From Eledone cirrhosa (Eukaryota), in the NCBI GenBank assembly GCA_964016885.1, contig OZ024742.1, positions 218,302,001 to 218,366,000 of the forward strand: a stretch of 64,000 nt of DNA. The letters are read 5' to 3'. Under the pieces are notes generated by a model. The model made no database searches and was not told the DNA's origin. It saw only the letters and a program-made list of their open reading frames with translations. Shown one piece after another: positions 12,520-25,114 of this stretch. Made by a program: the position numbers and the translations under genes. How positions within the stretch are numbered: the first letter of the stretch is position 1; each line of letters opens with the position of its first letter.

Positions 12520-13375
12520 CGAAACCATTCAATGTGGGTGTCGGACTACGCCACCCACTCTCTCCTGTTCCTAATCTTCATCGCCTGGATTGATATGCAC
12601 AGCTGGGCTGGAAGTGGTATCATGACTGGCAGGTGTAAAATCAGTCGGCTGGAATTTGCAGCGACTTGGTATTACTTTATTCGACAGAAGGTGATCTCCG
12701 ACATGCACTTGATAGGTTGCTACCGAGTATTGCGCGGCAGGAATGAGAGTCAGTGCTGCGAAAACTGAGACACCCATCTTCTAAAGGAAGCCTATACAGT
12801 ACGCATGTAGCGGAGTTCCACTGAAGCAGATGGAGAAGTTTAAGTATCTCGGGGCCGTGTTCACGAGTGATGGAAGGCAGAAAGTGGAATTAAGTGCAAG
12901 AATTGCAGAAGTTGGTGGAGTAATGCGCCAGCTTCAGCATTCAGTAATCAGAAGGGAGGTAGGTGCAAAAGACAAACTTGCTATCTTCGATTCGTTATTC
13001 GTGCCAACCATTACCTATGGTCATGAAATGGGGTTCCTCCAAAGTGTCTTTGGAATTACGTTACTTGACAGAGTGCGTAATTCAGAGATCAGAGAGTCAC
13101 TGTAGGTAGAGCCGCTACTTTTCCTAATTGTGAGATTAGAGCTCCGATATTACGGATATGTGGTTAGAATCTCAAGAAAGAATCGTTGGACAGATTTTAC
13201 GGGCAAAATCAACCGGCAATGGACCCAGGGGTAGCATCGAGAAAGATGGTTGGATAACATCTATGAGCTCAGCTGCATTCGTTTGGGGATCCAGCTGGTT
13301 CATTTAGAGACTGTTGCTTCTGACAGGACTCACTGGAAGGCGTGCCTGTTGACTCTGACGCCACGACCCTCCCAG
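12520..13375 (+). mobile_element. 5'-truncated, decayed RTE-clade (Expander/Rex3-like) LINE, RT C-terminal half
   Basis: Frameshifted motifs VGVGLR...LLFLIF, ISRLEFA, EKFKYLGAVFTSDG, FVPTITYGHE, LLDRVRNSEIRESL. Confidence 0.85.
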
Positions 13376-13653
13376 GAATATGTATGCTAAGAAGATATAT
13401 ACATGTGTCTGTCGGTTTGCGAGCGTGTGTGTGCATGTGTCTGCGCGTGGGTTTGTTTGTTTGTTAGTTTGTGTGTGTGTGTATGTGTGTGTGTGTGTGT
13501 GTGATAAACGGTTAAAGTGAAAAGAAAAGATAAAAAGACTAATGATAAAAAAAGCATGTGTAGAAAATACAATAAAAGTATCAACAAATTAGATAAAGTG
13601 TTAAGATAGACTTCAATACAATTTAACACCTGGCACTGTGTTATTGTACAGGT

Positions 13654-15740
13654 TATTGTTGTTGTTGTTGTTGTGGTGGTGGTGGTGGTGGAGGTGGTGG
13701 TGATAGTGGTGGTGGTGGTGTCTGTTGTGGTGTTGTTGTGGTGGTGGTGTCTGTTGTGGTTGTTGTTGTTGTGGTGGTGGTGGTGTCTGTTGTTGTTGTT
13801 GTTGTGGTGGTGGAGGTGGTGGTGATGGTGGTGGTGGTGTCTGTTGTGGTTGTTGTGGTGGTGGTGGTGTCTGTTGTGGTTGTTGTTGTTGTGGTGGTGG
13901 TGGTGTCTGTTGTTGTTGTTGTTGTGGTGGTGGAGGTGGTGGTGGAGGTGGTGGTGATAGTGGTGGTGGTGGTGTCTGTTGTGGTTGTTGTGGTGGTGGT
14001 GGTGTCTGTTGTGGTTGTTGTTGTTGTGGTGGTGGTGGTGTCTGTTGTTGTTGTTGTTGTGGTGGTGGAGGTGGTGGTGGAGGTGGTGGTGATGGTGATG
14101 GTGATAGTGGTGGTGGTGGTGTCTGTTGTGGTTGTTGTTGTGGTGGTGGTGGTGGTGATGGTGTCTGTTATTGTTGTTGTTGCTGTTGTGGTGGTGATGA
14201 TGGTGTCTGTTGTTGTTGTGGTGGTGGTGGAGGTGGTAGTGATGGTGGCGGTGATAGTGGTGGTGGTGGTGTCTGTTGTGGTTGTTGTTGTTGTGATGGT
14301 GGTCGTCGTCTCTGTTGTACTGATGATTGTTATTGTTGTTGTGATTATTGTTATTGTTGTTCTGGTGGTGATGATGCTGGTGACTGTTGTTCTGATTGTT
14401 ATTGTTGTTGTGGTGGTGGTGTCTGTTGTTATTGTTGTGGTGGTAGTGTCTGTTGTTATTGTTGTGGTGGTGGTGTCTGTTGTTATTGTTGTGGTGATGG
14501 TGTCTGTTGTTATTGTTGTGGTGGTGGTGTCTGTTGTTGTGGTGGTGGTGGTGTCTGTTGTTGTTGTTGTGGTGGTGGTGTCTGTTGTTATTGTTGTGGT
14601 GGTGGTGTCTGTTGTTGTTGTTGTGGTGGTGGTGTCTGTTGTTATTGTTGTGGTGGTGGTGTCTGTTGTTGTTGTTGTGGTGGTGGTGTCTGTTGTTGTT
14701 GTGGTGGTAGTGTCTGTTGTTGTTGTTGTGGTGGTGTCTGTTGTTGTTATTGTGGTGGTGGTGTCTGTTGTTGTTGTTGTGGTGGTGGTGTCTGTTGTTA
14801 TTGTTGTGGTGGTGGTGTCTGTTGTTGTTGTTGTGGTGGTGGTGTCTGTTGTTGTTGTGGTGGTAGTGTCTGTTGTTGTTGTTGTTGTGGTGGTGTCTGT
14901 TTTTGTTATTGTGGTGGTGGTGTCTGTTGTTATTGTTGTGGTGGTGGTGTCTGTTGTTGTTGTTGTGTTGGTGGTGTCTGTTGTTATTGTTGTGGTGGTG
15001 GTGTCTGTTGTTGTTGTTGTGGTGGTGGTGTCTGTTGTTGTTGTTGTTGTGGTGGTGTCTGTTGTTATTGTTGTGGTGGTGGTGTCTGTTGTTGTTGTTG
15101 TGGTGGTGGTGTCTGTTGTTATTGTTGTGGTGGTGGTGTCTGTTGTTATTGTGGTGGTGGTGGTGTCTGTTGTTGTGGTGGTGGTGGTGGTGTCTGTTGT
15201 TATTGTTGTGGTGGTGGTGTCTGTTGTTGTTGTTGTGGTGGTGGTGTCTGTTGTTATTGTTGTGGTGGTGGTGTCTGTTGTTGCTATTGTGGTGGTAGTG
15301 TCTGTTGTTGTTGTTGTGGTGGTGGTGTCTGTTGTTATTGTTGTGGTGGTGGTGTCTGTTGTTATTGTTGTGGTGGTGGTGTCTGTTGTTATTGTTGTGG
15401 TGGTAGTGTCTGTTGTTGTGGTGGTGGTGTCTGTTGTTATTGTTGTGGTGGTAGTGTCTGTTGTTGTGGTGGTGGTGTCTGTTATTGTTGTGGTGGTGGT
15501 GTCTGTTGTTATTGTTGTGGTGGTAGTGTCTGTTGTTGTGGTGGTGGTGTCTGTTGTTATTGTTGTGGTGGTAGTGTCTGTTGTTGTGGTGGTGGTGTCT
15601 GTTGTTATTGTTGTGGTGGTAGTGTCTGTTGTGGTGGTGGTGGTGTCTGTTGTTGTTGTGGTGGTGGTGGTGTCTGTTGTTATTGTGGTGGTGATGGTGT
15701 CTGTTGTTGTTGTTGTGGTGGTGTCTGTTGTTGCTGTTCT
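13654..15740. repeat. Minisatellite of ~21-30 bp units, consensus GTCTGTTGTTATTGTTGTGGTGGTGGT
   Basis: Regular GTCT punctuation of GTT/GTG runs; unit lengths vary in multiples of 3. Confidence 0.95.
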
Positions 15741-15919
15741 GTAGTAGTAGTAGTAGTAGTAGTAGTAGTAATAGTAGTAGTAGTAGCAGCAACAGCAGTA
15801 GTAGTAGTAGTAGAATAAGTAGTAGTAGTAGTAGTAGTAGAGCAGCTGTAAAATCAACAGCAGCATTAGTAGTTGTTGTGGTAATAGTATTAGTACTTGT
15901 TGTTGATATACTTGTTGTG

Positions 15920-15963
<44 letters not shown>

Positions 15964-15987
15964 TCTAGTAGTAGTAGTTTTTGTTGC

Positions 15988-16026
<39 letters not shown>

Positions 16027-16049
16027 TTTTGTTGCGGTGGTAGTAGTAC

Positions 16050-16107
<58 letters not shown>

Positions 16108-16129
16108 TGTTGTTGCGGTGGTAGTAGTC

Positions 16130-16160
<31 letters not shown>

Positions 16161-16208
16161 CAGCAGTAGTAGTGTGGTGGTGGTGGTGGTTGTTGTAGTA
16201 GTAGTTGT
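15741..16208. repeat. (GTA)n compound microsatellite
   Basis: Long GTAGTA runs with GTTTTTGTTGCGGTG spacers. Confidence 0.95.
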
Positions 16209-16315
16209 AATAATTGTTTCTACTTTTGACACAAGGCCAGCAAAATCCCAGTGCATTACTGGTACTTTATTTTATCGACTCCGTAAGGATGAAAGGCACA
16301 GTTAACCTCCGCGGG
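16209..16315 (-). mobile_element. SINE 3' half (main family)
   Basis: TTGTTTCTACTTTTGACACAAGGCCAGC...GGATGAAAGGCACAGTTAACCTC. Confidence 0.85.
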
Positions 16316-16374
16316 AACACACACACACACACAGATAGAGAGACACACATATACACATAAACACACACACACAT

Positions 16375-16408
<34 letters not shown>

Positions 16409-16505
16409 ACCCACGCACGCGCAATAATGATTGTACTTCTTGCAGTCATTTCTCTTTTCCATTGTTTTCTGTTTCCGCGCGTATGTATGTGCATGTATGT
16501 GTGTA

Positions 16506-16559
<54 letters not shown>

Positions 16560-17030
16560 TGTACGTGTGTGTGTGTGTGCGCGCGCGTGCGTGTGTACCT
16601 GTGTGTGTGTCTATGTGTCTATATGTGTGTCTCTCTATCTGTGTGTGTGTGTGTGTGTGTGAGACTACGTACGCTCTCGAACGTATGTGTGTCTTTCCTG
16701 TTACACATTGTGTCCTTGCGCAAGACTTTATTTCACGTTTCTTCAGTCCACTCAGCTGGCAAAAACGAGTTATGCCTCTAATTTAAAGAACCAACCTTGT
16801 GATACAGTGTGTCACACTGAATCTCCCTGAGAACTAATATGTGTGCACTGGTGGATGTGCTTGTGTGTCTGGGGTGCGTCGGTTTCTGTGTGTGCATCTT
16901 CTTTTATAATTATAATTCCATTCACATCTGGGATGCATTGTACGATACCTTATATGGTACGGCATAGAATGCATTATACAGTGCAATATACGGTGCATTA
17001 CAGGAAGCATTATATAGTTCATTATAATGG

Positions 17031-17215
17031 TTTCTGGTTTAGGCACAAGGCCAACAATTTTTAGGGGGAGGGGAAGTCGATTGAATCAACCCCAGTGCAT
17101 TACTAGTTCTTTATTTTATCGACCCCGTAAGGATGTAAGTCAAAGCTAACCTCGGCAGGATTTGAACTCAAATCGTAAAGGACCGTAACTCTATGCCGCA
17201 AAGCATGTTGTCTGA
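17031..17215 (-). mobile_element. SINE, long variant with GTCGATTNAATCGAC insert
   Basis: Main-family body plus a GGGGAAGTCGATTGAATCAACCCCAG segment also seen at ~45950 and ~48125. Confidence 0.85.
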
Positions 17216-17473
17216 TTAACGATTTTCCCGGTCCAGGAATCGAACTTACATGATGCATTAAAAAAAGACGATATTATATGTAAACTGCATTAGGAGAAAA
17301 TTAGTGACGGAAATATATGAATGTTTATTTAAGCGATCGCTAACCGGAAGTGTTAAACATTTGAAAATTTTAATGAAGTGAATCTTAAAAGAAGCAAGAA
17401 AATTATTTATATTTAATCAAGAATAACGAAATTTAGTAGATAAATTATGTAATATTCATTCATTATTTATTCA

Positions 17474-17665
17474 GGCGGTGGATTGGCAGTATTGGAAGAG
17501 GGTCGGACGCCATGCTTTGCAGCAAAGAGTTACGGCGCTTTATGGTCTGAGTTCAAATCCCGCCGAGGTTAACTTTGCCTTTCATCCTTACGGGGTCGAT
17601 AAAATAAAGTACCAGTAATGTACTGGGTAATTTGCTGGCCTTGTGCCAAAAGTAGAAACAATTAT
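17474..17665 (+). mobile_element. tRNA-derived SINE, full length with TSD
   Basis: Flanked by direct repeat ATTATTTATTCA. Confidence 0.92.
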
Positions 17666-18217
17666 TTATTCAAAGTAATCCAACTTATTTTACAAACGGG
17701 ATAAAAATATATATTCTGGACGCAGTCCCGCATTCCTTACTTTATTATAGTTTAGATTATAGAGAACGCCGAGATGGCTGAATTGTTAGGCTTTGCGGTA
17801 TTTTTTCCTTTTTTTTTTTTTAATTACATTCTGAATTCAAATCCCACCGAGGCCAATTTTGCTTTTTATCCTAACGGGGTTGATAAAATAATATACTAGT
17901 TAAATACTGAGGTAAATTTAATTGACTTTACCCCCTACCTTCAAATTGCTAGCCTTATGGCTAAATTGTATGTATGTATGTTCTGGTTATATAATTTTAT
18001 AAATTTTTACAAATAGAAAGAGAACCGGTTTCTAACATACATATAAGACTCTCTCATTGGAATTTTCACAACATCAACTAAGTAGATATGTATGCATGTC
18101 TGCATGTATGCATGTGTGTGCAGGTATGGGTGCTAATGAATGTGTGGTTGTGTATGTTTTGAGTTATATGTGTGCACATGCATATGCTTTGTATCTGTAC
18201 ATGTGTATATGCAATTA

Positions 18218-20230
18218 TTACATGCAGACTTTTTGGAATGTTTTACATATTTTTACTGTTCCATTAATGGATTGTACTTGTAATTTCCTAACTAATCGGG
18301 TTCTTTCTATTTCTGTGAAGCCCAGCTTCTCAAGATTTGTACTGAGGCAGTTACTAACATATCTCAGTGCCCCAACAATCACAGGTATAAATCTGAAGGT
18401 ATAATCAGGGTGGAGTATCTGCAGATTTCTCATTAGTTCTGCATAGATATTCTCCTTTTCGTTGATCTTTGATATTATATTGGCATCTGCTGAGCAGCTA
18501 ACTTCCACTACTATGTATGCCTTCTTTTCCCCGTCCCATATCATTATATCTGGTCTGTTATGCTTGATTTTATTAGGGTTTTGACTATCTCTTTTGTGAA
18601 TCAGGTATTTTGTGTTGATTTTCTGTTCTTGGATTGCAAAAGCGTATCCTTCAAAGTGGGAGCCAATATAGCGGTTGTCGGTCCAAGATAGACTACTTTC
18701 TTTATCTATATTACTATCACTCTGGAGCTTCTTGGCAACATATTCATGCATGACTTTTTGTCGATAAGCATGCAGTTTTTCATCCATCGATTCGCTGTGG
18801 TATTGCTGGGCAATTTCCTTGGGTGTAAGCTTTTGATTATCATGCAGGGAGTATCTTTCAAGGAGTTCCTTCTCAACTCTCATGATCTTGTCTGTCTCAT
18901 GCAGATAGACTTGCTCAATAGATGGGCTCCTACTTTTGGAGGTTCGTAAATGTTGTCGGAGGGATATGAGGCGACATTCAAATGTTGTCTGGACTGATGT
19001 TAGCCCTCTGCCTCCCTGCTTACGATTCAAGTAGAGACGGTCTATGTCACTGTTGATGTGGAAGTTTCCGGTGTTGTTTAGAATGTTTCGAGTTTTAACA
19101 TCAATTGCTTGGATTTTGTCTATCGTCCAGTCGAGTATTCCAAACGTTGATGTTAGGACAGGCGCAGCAATCACATTGTTAGCCATTGTTTTATTGTGCG
19201 CAGAGTGTTCCGATGACCATATTTTTCTTAATCGGGTGTAATATTCTCTGGATAGGATATATTCTCATCTATCCCCAGATATCTGTAGCAGTCCTCGCCA
19301 GATATCGGTGAAACAGTTAGGTCATTGATAAAAATGTTGTTAGATTGGGTTGCAGTTTTTCCCCGCTTTACAATCATATATGAACATTTATCTTGGCCAA
19401 ACTCCATTTGTAACCTGGTCAAGATTTATTTCATCCCATTTATGTTCTTGGTATATAGTTTCAGACCATCCACAAAGAAATTATGGGTTAAGTTCGTATT
19501 TCTGTCCTCCTGTGAGCTAATGATGTATCCTTCAGATTTCTTGAGCAGAAAGTACTAGGGGTTTAATGACAAGATAAATAGTAGCACAGAGAGACTGTCT
19601 CCTTGAAATATATCTCTGTGATATTCTATTTTATCAGTGAAAATAGGGTACCCCTTCTCTGTTTTTAACTTTAGGATAGTAGCCCAAGAAAAAGACAGCT
19701 TCTCTATGGCTATGATCATAATGTCTGGGACTTTAGTAAGTCGGGGGGCCTCTATTAGCCAAGAGTGGGGGAGAGAATCAAATACTTTCCTGTAGTCCAA
19801 TCAGACTGTAGCCATATTCCTCCTAAGTTGTCGCACCTCCGACATCGCAGTTTTGTTAATTAGGAGTTGTTCAGCACACCCCCAAACACCTTTTTTTCCA
19901 GCTGCTTGTTCATTTGTGATGATGTTATTATTTTCACAGTGATCTTGGAGAAATAGGTTCAGGCTGTATACATCTTATACATCAGGTTCTGGCACGCAAT
20001 GGGTCGGTAGTTTTTTGCCAAGTGGGTGTCTTTGTTCTTGGGGACCAGTATGGTTTGTGCTAATGTCAACCATTCTGGTATAAGTGTATCTCCCTTAAGA
20101 GCTTGATAAGATACATCCGATAGAATATCAGTTTTTTGTACCGACAATCAAGTCTCTTCCTAGTGTTTTCTTATCTTGAAGTTTTCCTATCACAGTCTCA
20201 AGGGTATCCTCATTTATTTCGTATGTTTTG
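18218..20230 (-). mobile_element. Decayed R4/Dong-like non-LTR retrotransposon (RT plus restriction-like endonuclease)
   Basis: KNYRPIACQNLMYK, DYRKVFDSLPHSW, IFQGDSLSVLLF, EFGQDKC, YRYLGIDE, RLYLNRKQGGRGL, FAIQEQ, NRPDIMIWD...VEVSC, FIPVIVGAL; several frameshifts; CCHC segment missing. Confidence 0.9.
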
Positions 20231-20519
20231 TTGTAGTGTAGGAGTAATAGTGTTTTTTTAATTTCTTTTAGCCACACTGCTCTTGGTTAAAATTCTTCTT
20301 TTCACTCCATATTTTTCTCCAGAAGGAGAAAAATATGGGGTGAATATGTCTTTCTGTGATGGGGCCTCTATGTATGTATGTATGTATGTATGTATGTATG
20401 TATGTATGTATGTATGTATGTATGTATGTATAAGCTCTGACCGAGTCATTAACACAGGTGTCAGTATATTTATTTGAAGGAACAACCACCTGCAACACCA
20501 CTCAAGAAAGACCTGATGA

Positions 20520-20717
20520 AAAACGTGCGTGATATGCAACAAAATACGTAGAACTAGTTCCGGACTAAAAAAAACACATGGCGGTGTATAAAGATTGTAT
20601 CCCACAAAATGACCCCCACCAATCCTGTGGAAAGCAAGCACAACTCTCTTCTGTCCTCTGTGTCGTAAACCATGCAGATCTACAGCTGGTCTAAAAGGTT
20701 ATCTATGAAGTCATGGA
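20520..20717 (+). pseudogene. Two decayed C2H2-like zinc fingers, probably a LINE ORF C-terminus
   Basis: KTCVICNKIRRTSSGLKK(fs)HMAV and LFCPLCRKPCRSTAGLKGYL*SHG. Confidence 0.55.
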
Positions 20718-22832
20718 TCGGATGGGATGAAAATGAAGAAACAATAAGAGACGGCAATCGTATATATAGACCCGTAACTCGTGGTGGCGTCGTAGGGGCG
20801 TCTTGACATACCTTAGTTGGACAGTCCAGGTCTGAACGCAACCGATTTCTTTCAGGGGGAGAAGGAGGTCGATAAGATATAGTATCAATGAAGTACTGTG
20901 TTCGACTTAATCGATTTTATTCATAAAACTGCAGCCATTGTGCTTATGTTAGAAACAATTATTAAATCATTTGAGAAGGATGTTGATGATAGAAGCGGTA
21001 GACTAGAATGCGGGACTAAATGCTTTACAATATTTAGTTACTTCTATTTACATTCAGAGTTCAAATTCTACCTATATCGATATTATCTTTTATTCTCTCG
21101 GGGGTGGTATAAAAAGTGTCAGTGAAGTATTGTCATTGATTAAATCGATGCCCCAAAGCCTGGCGCAAATTTGTGACCTTGTGACTATGATATAAATACT
21201 TCTTATTCTGGTGGAATGAGAAAGCATCGAGATATACTTGATAATGTGGTCCGAAACACACTGCACATAGGAATTAAAATGAATACAAAAAACGAGATGT
21301 TCATGGAACTGCTCAATCAAGGCCGATTTGGGACTAGACAACAGCAACAACAGTACCAAACTCTAAGAATTTTATTGTCTGAATCTACTGCCATCAATTC
21401 TTGGAAAATGGAGACTGGATAGATTAAAGATTAAATAAATAAATAAAATAAATAAAATAAATAGTATATTTCGAAATAAAGGAAACCATTTTGTTCGTTA
21501 AACAAAAATGATATAAACGTCAGGATAAAAAGGTTACAAGAAAGTCACATAGCGCATTATTAAATACACTACAGGCAGTGATGAAGAAATAAAATGTTTT
21601 AATAATTATGGACAATCTTTAGTAAAAGGCAAAAGATTTATCCGCTCGGGGTGAAGAGAAACCGAACAATGAAATACTTGAAAGATACAAAACAGAAAAA
21701 TTGGTTTTGTAAACAACTCTTAGCTTAGTATTGATCCCATGACTACCTTCATCTGTTACTGACACCCATTCAAATCTCTAAACCCCCACCGCCTTTTTTA
21801 TCTGATTCTAAAGACTCGTATGCAGCTCACCAGCTGTCATCTATTTTAGCACCTTAAACACAAGCATCATTTACATTCTCTTTCTTTATAACATTTATAT
21901 ATTTTTTCTATTTTACTCTGTCTTTATTGAACAAAAGTTATACAATGATGGAAATATTAAAACGCATTTTATGGAAATCAAATTAAATCCGGTCTGTAAT
22001 GTGAATTGAAAGAGAAGTCTTTAGAAAGATCAAATACTAGCTTAACTTAACTTGAACATTCAGAATGTGATGATGATGAGGAGGAAAACTAAATATACCA
22101 TTGTGTTATACGGATTCTATTGAAGACTTTTCATTCATATAGACTATCCCACTTCAAACTATTCCATTCTAAAATATAGCCACCAAATGCTAAGCTATAA
22201 ACACCTCAAAATGAGCTATAGCCTTCACACTCCAGGCTATATCTAAAACCATTTCACTCCAACCTTCAATCATTTGATTTTAAGCTATCATTATTACACA
22301 CTAAGCTAAAGACACTCCAACTATACCCATCTACGTAGTCAAACACTATCTCGATGGAATATGTCTTCTCCACGGACATAGAATAGTGTTGGTGATAAGA
22401 TACAAGCTACTAATCTTTCATTCGACAGTTCAGCACCCAATTGACTATCAGCTGTTACAATCACATTCAGAACATATTTAATAAACAACATATTTAATAA
22501 ACAACACCACCAACAACAATGTATATATATATGGTGGCTGCTAACTCGTTTCCTAGAATTCTGCCTTGACAAAGGCTAAGGGGTCATCTCTCCCAGTGTT
22601 TTTGGATGGCCATTGACTCTTAAGAGCTCCTTTGCCCTTTGACAGGTTTTGTTTTTAGTCCTGCAGGATGTCCAAAGTCACCCTCCTCACCAAGAAACAT
22701 TGGTGGGGTTGCCAGTTTAGTCGCAACGACCCGATCATGGGACAGGTTGTACTGGGATACATGTTACCAGTAGCACCAACTGGTGACCTGACACAAATAT
22801 ATATATATATATATATACGTATATATAATATG

Positions 22833-22907
<75 letters not shown>

Positions 22908-22910
<3 letters not shown>

Positions 22911-23083
22911 GAAGGAAATGTGGTAAGGAACCAGATGGACGATAACGCACCAAAGTACTCAATACTTCAATACTTAGGGTAGTAGAGTGGGTAATAGGAA
23001 CGAGTAGGACCCCGACAACTAAATTAGTCTAGAATTAGCCATCGAAACGGGTTGAGCTCAGCCGTCAGGGTCCTATTCGTTCC

Positions 23084-23086
<3 letters not shown>
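22908..23086 (-). mobile_element. Fold-back element in (TA)n, same family as 30924-31118
   Basis: GTGGTAAGGAACCAG...AACGCACCAAAGTACTCAATACTT...GGGTAGTAGAGTGGGTAATAGGA is the reverse complement of 31035-31110; internal inverted arms. Confidence 0.8.
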
Positions 23087-23172
<86 letters not shown>

Positions 23173-23203
23173 TATATACATACATATATATATACAGTAT
23201 ATA

Positions 23204-23237
<34 letters not shown>

Positions 23238-23306
23238 CATATATATATACAGTATATATATATATATATATACATACATATATATATACATATATATATA
23301 TACACA

Positions 23307-23340
<34 letters not shown>

Positions 23341-23346
<6 letters not shown>

Positions 23347-23428
23347 ATAATAATAAATTTGAAGACTAAAATCCTGCAGCGATTCTTTGCTTAAACTTTA
23401 ATCTGTTATTTTAATAAATATATATATC
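23341..23428. mobile_element. Internally deleted copy of the TA-flanked family at 37060-37380 and 61821-62445
   Basis: Shared start TAGTAATAATAATAAATTTGAAGACTAAAATCC joined directly to shared end GCAGCGATTCTTTGCTTAAACTTTAATCTGTTATTTTAATAAATATA. Confidence 0.75.
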
Positions 23429-23449
23429 TATTCCACTGATGATTTATAA

Positions 23450-24238
23450 ACAGGAGAACTGAGTGCAATGTCAACTCTGGATGTCGGTAAGCTTGTCCAG
23501 CTAACCTCAGTCTCCTCTGTGTCACTTTTGAGCTGACTTTTGGGAGGCTCCCATACAGCTCTGAGTTTTTCATCCTGATGGGATGACAGAGTTCTTTGAG
23601 ATACTGGCTGGAGTGCTCCAGGAGATACATTGGCTCCCTACCTTTTTATCACCGTATTGGACTATTGTATGCGCCTTGCACTGGAGAAACACCAGGACTC
23701 TGGCTTTACTGTAGCACCGGCTCAGAGCAGGAGAGTTAAGGCGAAAAAGATATCAGATGCTGAATTTGCCGACGACATAGTTTTGGTGACAAATACAGTG
23801 AAGGAGGCAGAGGATTTGATGCAGGAGGTTGAGACTGTGTCGATGAGTGTGGGGCTGAGAATGAATGAGACTAAAACAAAATATCTGGTAGAGAATGTTG
23901 AGAAGCCAAAGGGGATCACTAATGTAGACGGGAAGCCGCTAGAATTGGTTGAGGACTTCCTGTATTTGGGAGCAAAGATTGGGAATACGGAAGATGATGT
24001 GGTTGAGAGGTAGAGCAAAGCCTGGGCGGCGTGCCACAGCTTGAGATCGGTGTGGAAGTCGGACCTTCGTAAAGACCTGAAAATCCGCCTCTTCATTGCT
24101 GTAGTGGAGTCTGTGCTGCTGTACGGGTCTGAGACTTGGATACTGACTAAGAAACTCACTCAGATGGTGGATGGGTGCTACACGAGAATGCTGAGGATGG
24201 CTTTCAACATTAATCAGTATACACTGAGGATGAAAACA
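23450..24238. mobile_element. RTE-group LINE fragment with internal inversion
   Basis: Plus strand ~23605-24236: TLAPYLFITVLDY, EFADDIVL, FLYLGAKI, ESVLLYGSETW, YTRMLRMA...LRMK; minus strand 23578-23450 continues RMKNSELYGSLPKVSSKVTQRRLRLAG. Confidence 0.88.
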
Positions 24239-24409
24239 TTAATCCACATATATATATATATATATATATATTAATTTATAAGTAAATATCTCATTATAAC
24301 ATTTAAAAAGACGCCATTATGGCGTCTTTTATATGTAAACATATTCTCTGACTGTGAGCTGTAGAACCGTTTGCTGAGACTTGTAATGAGAGAGTTACTT
24401 ATAAATAAC

Positions 24410-24453
24410 TGATTTTGCTAAGTCCCAATAAAGGACGAAACGTTCGTAAATCA
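24410..24453 (+). ncRNA. Compact type I hammerhead with U3:A8 and C6 core variants
   Basis: TGATT-TTGCTAA-GTCC-CAATAAA-GGAC-GAAA-CGTTCG-TA-AATCA; stems I, II and III all pair. Confidence 0.65.
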
Positions 24454-25114
24454 ATATTTAATGTAAAAATGTATTTGGTAATTACTTTAATGAATAATTT
24501 GCTTCATGAGTAATTGTTATTTTTAACACAATAGTATTATGTACAGATACTTGTTTGAAAAATCTTTCAAGGAAATGTGAAACATAGAAACATAGCCTTT
24601 TATACTGTTTATTATAATAAATTACTGTATTTTAAGCTTTTAACATCTCCACCTACCTCCTTCCAATTTTTTAATATTGTTTTTGCAAAGTACAATAATT
24701 TTGTTCATATATATATAAACGTGTGTCAGTGTGTGTGCGCGCGCGCGCGCGTATGCGTGTGGACGTGTGGGCGTGTTGGCGTACACTCAATACATCTGAG
24801 TAGAGCAAAGTTTTTCCAAAGAAAAATTTCGGCAATCTGTTTTTTTTTTCTCTACAAGTAACTAAAGAGAAGGCATTCCATGCGTTATTGTTGGTATTTT
24901 CTGTTTTCAAATTAATTAATGCCTATATCGTGTAATATAAATTATATTGAAATATATTTGCTGTCATTCCATAGCTGAATACATGATGTTAAATAGTTCC
25001 GATTTGTGAACCAAAATTCAGGCCACCAAACAAATAACACTGCATAATGCAGTAGATATTTAGTCTTCGAAGGCAGGATCAAAATAAACATGCACTATAA
25101 TAGATGGTGTAGTG

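Noticed and set aside
13387-16256. 600-870 aa ORFs on both strands
   Set aside because: Products of the minisatellite; one starts inside a SINE and another inside (CTA)n
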